Origin: Hormoscilla sp.
GTDB lineage: Bacteria > Cyanobacteriota > Cyanobacteriia > Cyanobacteriales > Desertifilaceae
Direction of reading: 5' to 3'
Assembly: GCA_051439505.1 (NCBI GenBank)
Contig: JBFRWI010000158.1
Location: forward strand, 1 to 64,000
DNA length: 64,000 bases
Shown: positions 30,565 through 40,861 of the stretch, in pieces
How the letters are laid out: every line of letters begins with the position of its first letter
Position numbering within the stretch: the first letter of the stretch is position 1
The notes under the pieces: model-generated
Seen by the model: only the letters and a program-made list of their open reading frames with translations
The model's database searches: none
What the model was told of the DNA's origin: nothing
Made by a program: the position numbers and the translations under genes

Positions 30565-31175
30565 GATTTGTGCTAGTGCAATGAGGTGCGATCGTTCTGG
30601 TATCACCGGCACCTACTCGCAATTTGAAAAAATTTCAGGTGTACTGATACCTAAATTGTCATCTGTATACCGGTAACCGGTAATACCGGTAATAAAAGTG
30701 GCCACGAGAATATGTCATAGTTCTCTTTGACCGGTTCTAACAGCTAAACAGTATCATTTCCCGCTGCAGCTTCTGACGGTAATCTTTTAGCTTCACCGGT
30801 TAATAGAACTGGAGAGTGCGAAGTTCTCACAGAATACGACGAGCGCCCTTAAGCTGAAACCCATGCTGTGAGGGGCTTACAGCCGGTAATCCCCTAGAAC
30901 ATTGTCCCCAGAGGGTCGAGCTGTCCCAAACCCTCTTGTGACAAGTAGTTCTTCAAAGAACTTCGCACTGTCCAGTAATAGGAGCGATCTTCCTTATAGT
31001 ACTAATACATTCAGCAGTTGGCAACCCCCAGTCAGCAAAAGTTTGTCCCAGACGACCGGTCTAGGGGATCGATTTAACGGTGTGATTTCTCTGAAAGTTC
31101 TTTCTCTGTATATACGGGTTTTGACCGCACCCTTGCCCCAGAGTGAACAGCCTAGGCATTGCCCACCTAAGTCTA

Positions 31176-32138
31176 TCAACGCCAATGGCGCATCGGTAAA
31201 CCGGGAATTGGCGACTTAAAGGTGACCAAATGGGGCATCTCCAGAGAACCCAAATACACCGTCTGTAAATCCTTGCCAGCAAAGGTAACGCCAGCGAGTA
31301 ACTGTAAAGTCTTGCCCGCGCAAGCTATCAAGTTCTCCCTGTCTAAAATACCCGCTTCTACCTTGGCAACAAAGTTTTCTAAAGCTGGTTGGTTTACCTC
31401 TTCAAATACTACGTGATAATCGCCACCCGCTGTGAGGATCGCCAGACTATTTCTGACAGGGAGAGTCAACCAGATATTTCCCTCAGCATCGAAGGCGAAA
31501 CCATCCACAAATCCACAGAAACCGAGATTATCTGGTCCAAAAACTTCACTCTCTCCTAGACAGCCGTCTCCTTGCACCTTGTAGCGCAACATGCGGCATC
31601 CCATGGTCTCAGCAACATAGAGATATTCTTCTCGGGCATCTAGGCGAATTTCGTTAGTGAAATAGATACCATCAGCGACCATGCGATAACCCTTTTCATC
31701 TAGCAGAATGATGTAGCCATCGGGGCGGGGCTTAGCAACAGCTTCTTGCCAGGATGGATTGAGAGTGGCAATGGAGATCCACAGGCGATCGCGACTATCA
31801 ATGAAAACGTAGTTAACAGCCCCAAGAGGTTTCCCGTCTATCTCCCTGAGAATTACCTCGTAGTTGCCATCTGGGTAAAGCTTGTAAAGCTTGCCATCGC
31901 CGACATTAGTAATATAAATATTACCCGATCGATCCATTGCCAAACCACTAGGTTCGCGACCGACGTCACCTAGCAGAGTCTGGGTACCATCTGGATGAAT
32001 GCGGGTCACCAAACCGCGATTATCTGATATCCACAGAGTGCCATCAGGTGAAGCTAATACGCTTTCTGGGCCACTTAAATTATTGCCGACAAAGCGTATT
32101 TCTGAAAGATTGAGGGTAAAGTCTTTGATTGCACTCAT
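31176..32138 (-). CDS. SMP-30/gluconolactonase/LRE family beta-propeller
   Basis: GPE, N(Y/E) repeats, LYVAET, DGFAFDAEGNIW, F.G.DL.T.Y. Confidence 0.88.
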   Translation of the reverse strand: MSAIKDFTLNLSEIRFVGNNLSGPESVLASPDGTLWISDNRGLVTRIHPDGTQTLLGDVGREPSGLAMDRSGNIYITNVGDGKLYKLYPDGNYEVILREIDGKPLGAVNYVFIDSRDRLWISIATLNPSWQEAVAKPRPDGYIILLDEKGYRMVADGIYFTNEIRLDAREEYLYVAETMGCRMLRYKVQGDGCLGESEVFGPDNLGFCGFVDGFAFDAEGNIWLTLPVRNSLAILTAGGDYHVVFEEVNQPALENFVAKVEAGILDRENLIACAGKTLQLLAGVTFAGKDLQTVYLGSLEMPHLVTFKSPIPGLPMRHWR

Positions 32139-32288
32139 AATTGATATCTTCCTATTAACAATACTCCGGACAGTTTTTCAGGGGAGCTTGTAGGAAAGCT
32201 ATCCACCGTGTAGACTGCGGTAGTAAACTTTCATACGAGCTACACAGATGGATAGCCTCAAGAGGATTATAACCGATCTGCTGGAGAA

Positions 32289-32340
32289 TCAATTACCTCC
32301 TATGATAATCAAGGATGACCAATATGCTGGATGCCGATGG
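32289..32340 (-). repeat. Duplicated 3' end of the TPR-CHAT gene
   Basis: AATTACCTCCTATGATAATCAAGGATGACCAATATGCTGGATGCCGAT matches 32491-32538; encodes HRHPAYWSSLIIIGGN*. Confidence 0.85.
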
Positions 32341-32345
32341 TATTT

Positions 32346-32471
32346 GTTGGGTTTTGTGCCTCAACCCAACCTACAACTATCTTACCACACCGATTAAATT
32401 AATTAGGGTGTGGTAAAAACCAGTTGGTAAAAAATGCCACAACTGCTTCTGGTGGGCGGTGCCCACCCTAC
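32346..32471. repeat. Two GTAG-family REP-like palindromes
   Basis: GTTGGG..CCCAACCTAC (32346-32374) and GGTGGGCGGTGCCCACCCTAC (32451-32471); same families recur at ~41293, 53548, 53640, ~54036, 63379-63482. Confidence 0.75.
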
Positions 32472-32488
32472 GAATACAACTGATTAAA

Positions 32489-35400
32489 TTAATTACCTCC
32501 TATGAGAATCAATGATGACCAATATGCTGGATGCCGATCGATCGCACTCAGTTTTGCTTGCTGCAATGCTTGAGGAGGACTCATCCCCTGCTTGATATTC
32601 TGATAAAAGGCGATCGCGATCTTCCCCTGCTGCCCATCTTCACTTGACCAGAGATTCCCGATCGTCCCTTTCGCCCCTGCCATTTTCCACAGATAAGCAA
32701 GTCCTGAAATTTCCGGCCCTGGGGGGATAACCATGCTAATGAGTTCGGTTTTTTCCAGTCCCAGAAGTGCTACATTGCCAATGGGGAAAGTTTGATTGTT
32801 AGCAAATAGCAAGGTATTCTCTTCCATGCCTAAATTGGCACAGCCTCCGGGTTGGAAACAACCGTGAGTTTCTAGGTGCAGAAACAGATATCGGGGCCCT
32901 TGACTTTTGAACCGATCGAGAGTTGCTTGACTGCCAATATATGCTTTACTATTGGGAAAAATTCTGCTAATTTCTCTCGCTGTTACTTCTGGTAGATTAA
33001 CTGGCGCGGGCGAAGGGTTGGCGACTGCTAAGAGATATACATTCTGGTGCATCAGCAACCATAGGGCCCCGCTACCCCACAGCAGCAGCAATGCCCCACT
33101 CAGAATTATCCCTGGTTTCCGCCACAACCAAATTGCCACGCTGCCCACTATTATTACTACTACTAGAGATATCAGGATCTGTAAGGCGATCGCCCTTATA
33201 TCTACCAGGTTCAAAGCTTCTGTCCGTTCCCCAGTCAAACCCTCTACCCGAGTCAGATAGTTGACGACATATTTCTCAATCAAGTATTCGTCCCCAGAAG
33301 CCCGATCGCACTCTTTCCTTGACTCACTCTCACTCTCACATAAAATTTCCCAGGGAATCTTCCCCAAGTTTCCCCTGGCGATAATACTCAACTGCTGGGG
33401 CGCTGCTGCTTGAATTTCCCCTGCCACTGGACCTATCAATATCTCGTACAATTTCACACTGGTTTCCCGATATTTTCTGTCCTTGGGGTCCGATATTTGC
33501 TGGCGGTAATCTTGCAGCAACCGATCTAATTCCTCTGGCTTTATCTTTTCTTTTCTAACATTTATTCCCTCTTTTGTCAACACAAATATTGCTAAACTCG
33601 GGGAGACATTTTCTACTCCCGTCAGCAACACCGGATGCACGATCGCCCTTTCTCCCGGGATCTTCGAGAGCAGTTGTTCGCTCTCAATCGGAGTCCTATA
33701 TAATAGTTCTGCTACTTCTGGGAATTGACTGGCGAACGCTGCCTCTTGCTGGGACAATGATGCTTGCGAGTTCTGCAGTTCTTGGGCTACTCCTACATCG
33801 TAATTCTGGGCTAACTGTTGTTCGAGTAAATTAATTTCCTCATGCTTGCCCTGCCACCGGGCCATTGCTGCTTCCGCTTCCGGGTTGGCCACCCGCCCCT
33901 CAATCCTTCTAAAATAGTCAGCTAGGTCTACAATAGTTGCTAAATTCACCCATTCATAGGCCCGAGATACTTGCTTTTGTTCGATCAGCAGATCCAACAG
34001 CGGGATCAGCAGTTGGCGGTATTCTCTTGACTTCAGCATCCCTGCCTGTTGCATCTGTATGCTAATCTTTACAGCTTCTTCTAAAGGCCCGATCGCCTCT
34101 GCCGGTCGGTCCAATACTTGGTAGAGGATCGCTATATTTTTCAGAGTCTTGACTATGGGCGATCGCACCCCCACTTCCTTGTCCACTACCAAAGCTTGCT
34201 GAAAGAAACTCAATGCCCGTTCTGCTTCTCCCAAGTCTCCGTAGACGGCGGCGATATTATTTAGAGTTGTCGCTACCACCGATCTATCTGCCAACTTTTG
34301 GGCGATCGGCAAGGCTTGTTGGTAGGATTGTAAGGCCCGTTCTGGTAGTTCCAGATCTCCGTAGGCCGCTGCCATATGATTCAAGGTCGCAACTTCCCTT
34401 TCTCTATCTCGAAGTTGCCTAATTATCGGTAATGCCCCACTGAAGGACTGCAATGCTTTATACCTTTGCCCGATCGCCCTATAGGCCACGCCGATATTAT
34501 ACAGCACCTCTACCTCTCCCGGGCGATCGCCCATCTGCTGGCGCAGGGGTAAAGCTTGTTGATAGTAATTCAACGCCTGTCGATCTTGTCCCAGATTTCT
34601 GTATGCTGCCCCCAGTCCCGTCAGTGTCGCCGCTTTTGATGACCGATCTCCCACCTCTTTTAATATCGACCAAGCTGACGAGTAATTCTTCAATGCCTGC
34701 TGAGAGTCTTCCCTATCTAAGTATACCGCCCCGATATTACTTAGGGCGATCGCTTCTGAGATGCGATCGCCCACTTCCCTACTTATCTGTAAAGCTCGAT
34801 CGTAGAATTCCAGCGCCCTGGTTGCTTCTCCCTGTTGCTTATATACCGCCCCGATATTATTCAGCGTCGTCCCTAACTCTCTGCTGCTTCCCCGATCTCT
34901 TTCAATTGACAGTCCTTGCTGGTAATATGCTAACGCCTCTTGCCATTTTCCCTCTTCGTAGTATATCGTACCCATAGCATTCAGAGTCGCCGCTTCTGTC
35001 GAACTGTCTGCCAACTCCCGAGACATCAGCAACAATTCCTGATAGGACTCCAACGCCTTTTCCCCTTGTCCCAGTTCTTTCTCTAGCCCCGCGATCTGCT
35101 TGAGAATCTTTACCTTGAGCGCTACCCGCACTTCGTATTCGGCACCATCCCCTAACTCTGCTATTATTTTCCTGACTCTATTATAGTAATCCAAGGCTTT
35201 TTTTCGGGATCCTTGTCCTCTGTATAAACCCCCAATGTTTTGCAAGACGATCGCGATTCCTGCCCGATCGCCCCCTTCCTCGTACCGCCTCAAGGCCAGG
35301 TTGTAGAACTCCAATGCCCTTCCTTCTTCCCCTAGCTTTTTATATACTAAACCCATATTATTCAGAGCCGTAGCCGACCCCGATTCATCCCCCAAGATAT

Positions 35401-35764
35401 AATAGTTCAAATACGCCGCTTCGTTATAATAATACAAGGCTTCATCTGTGCGACCAATATTATTATAGTTCACTCCCAACCCCAGCATGGCGTTGGCTTC
35501 TAGATCCCGTCGCCCCTGTTTTTTTGACTCTGACAAAACTTGCTGCCAAGTCCCGATCGCCTCAGTATATTTACCTTGCTGGGTTTGCTGCCATGCTTGC
35601 TGTTGCCGTCGCAATATTTCTCGTTCCTGTATATTGGCCGTCACTCCCCAACTAGGTGAGTACATCAACATTATGTTCCCAGGAGCAAAACATATACTAG
35701 CAACTATTAGGCTGCCTAAAATACTTTTCATTATTTGTTCTTGCTCATCGCTGCTATTTTCCAT
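32489..35764 (-). CDS. Tetratricopeptide-repeat protein with C-terminal CHAT domain
   Basis: Many 40-aa TPRs (A.TLNNIG.VY...G....AL.YYQQAL); CHAT motifs L..IPWE.L, YLIEKY, LHLETHG, GA..IG.LW, HPAYWS. Confidence 0.9.
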   Translation of the reverse strand: MENSSDEQEQIMKSILGSLIVASICFAPGNIMLMYSPSWGVTANIQEREILRRQQQAWQQTQQGKYTEAIGTWQQVLSESKKQGRRDLEANAMLGLGVNYNNIGRTDEALYYYNEAAYLNYYILGDESGSATALNNMGLVYKKLGEEGRALEFYNLALRRYEEGGDRAGIAIVLQNIGGLYRGQGSRKKALDYYNRVRKIIAELGDGAEYEVRVALKVKILKQIAGLEKELGQGEKALESYQELLLMSRELADSSTEAATLNAMGTIYYEEGKWQEALAYYQQGLSIERDRGSSRELGTTLNNIGAVYKQQGEATRALEFYDRALQISREVGDRISEAIALSNIGAVYLDREDSQQALKNYSSAWSILKEVGDRSSKAATLTGLGAAYRNLGQDRQALNYYQQALPLRQQMGDRPGEVEVLYNIGVAYRAIGQRYKALQSFSGALPIIRQLRDREREVATLNHMAAAYGDLELPERALQSYQQALPIAQKLADRSVVATTLNNIAAVYGDLGEAERALSFFQQALVVDKEVGVRSPIVKTLKNIAILYQVLDRPAEAIGPLEEAVKISIQMQQAGMLKSREYRQLLIPLLDLLIEQKQVSRAYEWVNLATIVDLADYFRRIEGRVANPEAEAAMARWQGKHEEINLLEQQLAQNYDVGVAQELQNSQASLSQQEAAFASQFPEVAELLYRTPIESEQLLSKIPGERAIVHPVLLTGVENVSPSLAIFVLTKEGINVRKEKIKPEELDRLLQDYRQQISDPKDRKYRETSVKLYEILIGPVAGEIQAAAPQQLSIIARGNLGKIPWEILCESESESRKECDRASGDEYLIEKYVVNYLTRVEGLTGERTEALNLVDIRAIALQILISLVVVIIVGSVAIWLWRKPGIILSGALLLLWGSGALWLLMHQNVYLLAVANPSPAPVNLPEVTAREISRIFPNSKAYIGSQATLDRFKSQGPRYLFLHLETHGCFQPGGCANLGMEENTLLFANNQTFPIGNVALLGLEKTELISMVIPPGPEISGLAYLWKMAGAKGTIGNLWSSEDGQQGKIAIAFYQNIKQGMSPPQALQQAKLSAIDRHPAYWSSLILIGGN

Positions 35765-36447
35765 CCTAAACGGGTTGGCTGCTGATAAACTCGCTTTAAT
35801 GTGTTAACATCTCTAGCAGAAATCCTCGGAGGATGGCGCAGCTGGGAAAAATACATCACGTCCGACTGATTAGGAGAATGTCCCCATATTCCCAATGCAT
35901 GACCCATTTCGTGACGCGCCGTTGCTGTCGTGTATTCCGATGTCTGGTTCGGACTTAACCAGATCGTAAACTTATGTGACAAGACCCCCGAGGCATTATT
36001 ATATAGCTTAAAGCGCGCTAAAGCTGCTCGCACCCGACCTAACTCTCCGTTGGGCCCCAACTGCAACGGCGGATTTTTGCGTTTAATGGTTATATCTGCC
36101 ATTTCTTGTCGTTCTACCATTTCTAAGGGCAGATACACTTGCCATTCTTTTACCCCAACCCATACGGCCTCTCTCCATGCTTGCCCGCGAATATCTTCTC
36201 CTGATGAATCTAGATAAATTTTAATCGGAAAGGACGACCATACTAGATAACCTACCTCCGTTTGCTCCACGCGATCGAAATAATCGCCACTGTCATCTTT
36301 ATCTTGCCATTGGGCTAGACTGGGCGGTAGGGGATGCACTGCCAGAGGTGCTTGCTGTCCCGCCCATAAGGGCGGAAAATGAGTGGCGATCGCGAGGATC
36401 AAAGATGCGATCGCCACTCTCAAAACTAGCCATAACTGCCGCATCAA
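35731..36447 (-). CDS. Secreted zinc metallopeptidase (matrixin/M10-like)
   Basis: Signal peptide, HEMGHALGIWGHS zinc motif, Met-turn DVMY. Confidence 0.85.
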   Translation of the reverse strand: MMRQLWLVLRVAIASLILAIATHFPPLWAGQQAPLAVHPLPPSLAQWQDKDDSGDYFDRVEQTEVGYLVWSSFPIKIYLDSSGEDIRGQAWREAVWVGVKEWQVYLPLEMVERQEMADITIKRKNPPLQLGPNGELGRVRAALARFKLYNNASGVLSHKFTIWLSPNQTSEYTTATARHEMGHALGIWGHSPNQSDVMYFSQLRHPPRISARDVNTLKRVYQQPTRLGWKIAAMSKNK

Positions 36448-36674
36448 CCTAACCAGTTGGCGCTCAAAATCACAGTTAAGCCGATAAACATTACCGTCAG
36501 GGTCCAGGTAATGCGGTTGAGGGCAGTTTCGGCACTTTTGGTACTGGTAAACAGTTGCGCTTGTCCGCCAATGCCGCCCAGGCCATCTCCTTTGGGACTA
36601 TGCAGCAATACTAAGACGATCAAACCCACGGCAGATACGGCCCAAATTATTTCCAGGATGTCGTTAACATTCAT
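36444..36674 (-). CDS. secG: Preprotein translocase subunit SecG
   Basis: VLLHSPKGDGLGGIGG..F.S.KSAE..LNR.TW. Confidence 0.95.
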   Translation of the reverse strand: MNVNDILEIIWAVSAVGLIVLVLLHSPKGDGLGGIGGQAQLFTSTKSAETALNRITWTLTVMFIGLTVILSANWLG

Positions 36675-36676
36675 AG

Positions 36677-36850
36677 GTCAGTGGTTATTTGTCAGTGGTT
36701 AGTGGTTAGTTGTCAGTGGTTATTTGTCAGTGGTTAGTGGTTAGTTGTTAGTGGTTAGTTGTCATGGGAGTTGTTAACAGAAGCAGGTAATCAAATTAAC
36801 TAACAACCCACAACTGACCACCTACAACTGACCACCTACAACTGACAACT
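36677..36850. repeat. Short tandem heptamer repeats (STRR-type) in two opposed blocks
   Basis: (GTCAGTG/GTTAGTG/GTTAGTT)n at 36677-36762 and (CAACTGA/CAACTAA)-like units at ~36797-36850. Confidence 0.8.
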
Positions 36851-38448
36851 TACAGAGATATTCGGACCGGAGAACGATTTTCTCGCACTTGATAGGCAGG
36901 TAATCGCAACATGGATTTACCTGTCATTTCCAAGGGCTGCGGTAGCCTTAAAATATCCAGGATGGTCGGCGCGATGTCTGCTAAACAACCGTCACTCCTG
37001 AGACCGACTTCCGCCCCATGTCCGGGGATTTTTAGTCCTTCCCCTTCTATCAGGATAAACGGAACTGGATTGGTCGTGTGAGCTGTCCAGGGGTTGCCCG
37101 CTTCGTCTTGCATCAGTTCCGCATTGCCGTGATCTGCTGTAATGATTACCGTCCCTCCCACTCGGTTGATCGTTTCCACTAGCTGTCCCAAACATCGATC
37201 GACCGTTTCTATGGCTATTACTGCCGCTGGTTGCATGCCCGTGTGACCGACCATGTCCGGGTTGGCGTAGTTGATCACTATTAGAGAGTATATCTGTTGG
37301 GCGATCGCCTCACAGGCTTCCTCCGTGACTTCATCTGCCGACATTTCCGGTTCTTGGTCGTAGGTCGGCACCATGGGACTCTGGACCAGATGGCGATCCT
37401 CTCCAGGAAAGGGTTCCTCTAAACCGCCATTAAAGAAATAGGTCACGTGGGCGTACTTTTCCGTTTCCGCAGTTCTAAACTGTTTCAGTCCGTGCTGGGC
37501 GATCGCTTCTCCGAGAATATTGCTCAGGTTCTGGGGTTCAAAGGCTACCAATACTGACAAACTCGGATCGTACTGGGTAAAGGTGGCAAAGGTCAAAGGA
37601 TCGATCCGCTGCCTGGAAAACCCTGTAAACTCCGGGTCTACAAAGACTTGAGTTAACTGTCGGGCCCTGTCTGGGCGGAAGTTAAAGAAGATCACCCCGT
37701 CTCCGGGTGCCACGGCACCGGGCGCTATCCGCATCGGCACCACGAACTCATCTGTTACTCCTCCATCATAGGATGCTTGCAATACTTCTACGGCACTGCG
37801 ATCGCATCCCGGGCCATCGGTGGTCATCAGGTCGTAGGCTTTTTGGATCCGGTCCCAGCGCTTGTCCCGGTCCATGGCATAGTAACGACCGCTGAGGGTG
37901 ACGATGCGCCCGACTCCGATTTTTTCTATATAGTCTTGAAGGCGCCCGATCGCCTTCACGCCATCGGTAGGATAGGTATCCCTGCCATCGGTAATAGCAT
38001 GGATGCAAACCTGGGAAATCTTTTGGGTAGCTGCCATATCCAGCAGTCCCAATAAATGGTCCAGATGGGAATGCACGCCCCCTTCCGAACATAGCCCTAC
38101 CAAATGTAGTTTACCGTCGCGCCTGCGCAGTTCGGAACACAGTTTAGTCAGAGCCAGATTTTCTTTTAGGGAACCATCTTCTACTGCATCCGAGATCCGG
38201 ACTAATTCCTGCTTGACTATCCGACCTGCGCCGATATTGACGTGACCCACTTCCGAATTGCCCATTTGACCCTCTGGCAGTCCCACATCCTTGCCGGAGG
38301 TTCTGATTAAGGTACTTGGATAAGCCGCCCACAGGCTATCCATGACCGGAGTTTTCGCGGCAGCAATGGCGTTGCCGTCACGGGCTTCGCGGTAACCCCA
38401 GCCATCTAAAATGACTAGCACTACAGGGGATACAGGTGCTTGCGCCAT
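36850..38448 (-). CDS. gpmI: 2,3-bisphosphoglycerate-independent phosphoglycerate mutase
   Basis: ILDGWG, GNSEVGH, GRYYAMDRD, NFRPDRARQ, DMVGHTG, TADHGN. Confidence 0.97.
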   Translation of the reverse strand: MAQAPVSPVVLVILDGWGYREARDGNAIAAAKTPVMDSLWAAYPSTLIRTSGKDVGLPEGQMGNSEVGHVNIGAGRIVKQELVRISDAVEDGSLKENLALTKLCSELRRRDGKLHLVGLCSEGGVHSHLDHLLGLLDMAATQKISQVCIHAITDGRDTYPTDGVKAIGRLQDYIEKIGVGRIVTLSGRYYAMDRDKRWDRIQKAYDLMTTDGPGCDRSAVEVLQASYDGGVTDEFVVPMRIAPGAVAPGDGVIFFNFRPDRARQLTQVFVDPEFTGFSRQRIDPLTFATFTQYDPSLSVLVAFEPQNLSNILGEAIAQHGLKQFRTAETEKYAHVTYFFNGGLEEPFPGEDRHLVQSPMVPTYDQEPEMSADEVTEEACEAIAQQIYSLIVINYANPDMVGHTGMQPAAVIAIETVDRCLGQLVETINRVGGTVIITADHGNAELMQDEAGNPWTAHTTNPVPFILIEGEGLKIPGHGAEVGLRSDGCLADIAPTILDILRLPQPLEMTGKSMLRLPAYQVRENRSPVRISL

Positions 38449-38680
38449 ACTCGTTCACCTTGATTTAGTCTCATTTCTCCCGCCCATCTTACCATCTGAT
38501 TTTGCAATGAGCTGGCAATAGTTGCTAATATAATCATTAAGATAATCCTAAGCATGTCCTGCATTCCCTGTGACAAATTCTTTATGACAAATTCAAAGAT
38601 TACAGATAGATAACGGACGCGGGACGGGCACCGACGCCTGTAGAACGCATCTGACAACTGACGGTGGTGGGTAAGGCATT

Positions 38681-39473
38681 ATGAGTTTATCTTTCAAGCA
38701 ATTAACGATCTATCTGAGTTTGCTGACAATTGGTGGCACTGCTGGATTGTTCGGCAGTCGCTATCTGTTCGGGCCAAGTCCCGATCGCCCGTCGGCGGTC
38801 CTCCAACCTTTGGCCCTGCCAACCCCTGCCCTCCGGGACAATAGCGATCCTAATTTTATTGCTTCCGCAGTGTCCAAAACTGGGCCCGCTGTGGTGCGCA
38901 TTGATGCCACTCGCCAAGTGGTCTCCGACCTGCCGGATAACTTGCCGGCACCCCTGAGGCGGTTTTTGGGAGGTAGGTTGTCTCCCAGACGAGAAAGGTT
39001 GGCCCGGGGCACGGGGTCGGGATTTATCCTCACCCCTGATGGTAATATTATGACCAACGCTCATGTGGTGGCAGCTGCCGAGATGGTAAATGTCACCCTT
39101 AAAGACGGTCGCAGCTTCTCGGGTGAAGTGCTGGGCGCAGACCCTGTTACGGATGTGGCCGTGGTGAAAATTGCGGCCACAAATCTGCCGACGGTGCAGT
39201 TGGGCAGTTCTGCTGACCTGGTTCCCGGAGAATGGGCGATCGCGATCGGGAATCCTCTGGGTTTGGACAATACGGTCACTGCGGGGATTATCAGCGCTAC
39301 GGGTCGTTCCAGTTCTCAGGTGGGCGCACCGGATAAAAGAGTCAGGTTTATCCAAACCGATGCGGCCATCAATCCCGGTAACTCTGGCGGCCCTTTACTG
39401 AATTCCCGGGGGGAGGTGATTGGCATGAATACGGCCATTCGTGCTGATGCTCAAGGCTTGAGTTTTGCCATCC
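38681..39473 (+). pseudogene. HtrA/HhoB-family serine protease interrupted by an IS607-like element; PDZ domain missing
   Basis: [40 protein letters not shown]; homology ends at GLSFAI where the IS end begins. Confidence 0.85.
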
Positions 39474-40798
39474 GCTCTAAAAAACTTACCCAAAGTTGGA
39501 CAAATCCCGGCAAAGCTGAATGTGGCCCTCATTTGGCGTTCTTTTCCTGCTTCGACGCATCCGTCCTGCCTCGGCAGGACGTTGGCTAGATGCTCCACAG
39601 GCCGACGCGGAAGAGCTTCCCGCCTTCTGTAAATTAATTGCCGCATTCCAATCGCGGTCTAGGAAGAAGCCGCAGTTAGGGCAGCCTATAGTTCTGTCCT
39701 GCAGCTTTAAGCCTTTATGAACGTGGCCGCAATGGGAACAGGTTTTAGATGACGGATAGAACCTGTCAACTACCGTTAAGAAGCTGCCGTACCATTGGCA
39801 CTTGTACTCTAGCTGTCGGCGAAACTCGTAAAAGCCGCCATCCGCTATAGCCTGTGCCAAGCGGTGGTTCTTCATCATTCCGCTAACATTCAAGTCTTCA
39901 ATTACAACCTCGCCGTGGTTCTTGGCGAGGTATGTAGTTAGCTTGTGAGTGGCATCGTTCCTGATGCAAGCAACGCGGTGATGCGCTTTTTGCAGCTTCC
40001 TTATGGCCTTCTTGCGATTGTTGGAACCCTTGACCTTTCGGCTAACCGAGCGTTGTAAGCGGGCAATTTTACGTTTTGCTTTGCGGTACGCTTTGACTGC
40101 CGGGAAGGTCTTGCCATCGCTTAAGGTCGCTAGGGTTTTGACCCCCAAATCGACGCCGACGCATCCATTTGGATGCTCTACCGGCTGAGGGTCAACATCT
40201 ACCTTATAGGAAATAAACCACCGACCGGCTTTGCAACTAATGGTTGCGTTGCTGGTGGATTTGGCCAGTATTGGCGGCAGGTGTTTCTCGTAAGTTTTCA
40301 CCCAACCAATTCTGGGCAACTTGATTCTGTTGCCCGAGGCTTTGATGGTTCCTTCCAGGTAAAAACTATCGTTGCGGCCTTTCTTCTTAAAGCGAGGAAA
40401 TCCCCGACCTTGGACTGTAAAGAAATTTTTAAATGCCCTGTCTAAGTCCCTCAAAGCCTGCTGGGGCGCGCATTTGGATACCTCGTAATACCAGGGATTG
40501 GCCGTTTTTACCTCGGCTACTAGCCGCTTGTGCAGGTCTATTGCAGTAGGACGCTTTTCTCCGTTTTTATGGGCATCTATGCAAGCAGCCAATCCCCAAT
40601 TGTACGCATGACGTGCAACGCCAGCGTGTTTGGCCATCATGGTTCGCGCTTCATTATTGAGTTTTAGCTCTGTTTTGAATGACTTCATTCGATTTGACTA
40701 TGACCCTTGCTGCGTACAGCTAAAGTTAGACATATTTTTATCAAATTGCACTTTTTGTCTAACTTTGCTCAAAATTGTCCAATTTATCGTTTTCTGCC
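39472..40798 (-). mobile_element. Non-autonomous IS607-like element carrying tnpB
   Basis: Minus-strand right end ...GGGTAAGTTTTTTAGAGCGG, probable left end GGCAGAAAACG.. at 40798 (GG at both ends); inverted repeat AAAGTTAGACA/TGTCTAACTTT at 40721-40766; no intact tnpA. Confidence 0.7.
39486..40688 (-). CDS. tnpB: RNA-guided endonuclease TnpB
   Basis: HTH N-terminus, FPRFKKK, RuvC GVDLG / VIEDL / DRDWNAA, zinc ribbon CSHC..CPNC. Confidence 0.93.
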   Translation of the reverse strand: MKSFKTELKLNNEARTMMAKHAGVARHAYNWGLAACIDAHKNGEKRPTAIDLHKRLVAEVKTANPWYYEVSKCAPQQALRDLDRAFKNFFTVQGRGFPRFKKKGRNDSFYLEGTIKASGNRIKLPRIGWVKTYEKHLPPILAKSTSNATISCKAGRWFISYKVDVDPQPVEHPNGCVGVDLGVKTLATLSDGKTFPAVKAYRKAKRKIARLQRSVSRKVKGSNNRKKAIRKLQKAHHRVACIRNDATHKLTTYLAKNHGEVVIEDLNVSGMMKNHRLAQAIADGGFYEFRRQLEYKCQWYGSFLTVVDRFYPSSKTCSHCGHVHKGLKLQDRTIGCPNCGFFLDRDWNAAINLQKAGSSSASACGASSQRPAEAGRMRRSRKRTPNEGHIQLCRDLSNFG

Positions 40799-40861
40799 GG
40801 AAGCCCTCACATATGAAGATTGATGCTTTCCTGTGGCAGGCAAGATGCCTGCCCTAGGACT

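Noticed and set aside
36677..36850. Repeat arrays here and at 43368-43430 as CRISPR or ncRNA
   Set aside because: Simple 7-bp tandem repeats without spacers, typical of filamentous cyanobacteria
39474..39589. C-terminal 38 aa of the tracked 302-aa HtrA ORF
   Set aside because: Read-through into the IS end, not protease sequence
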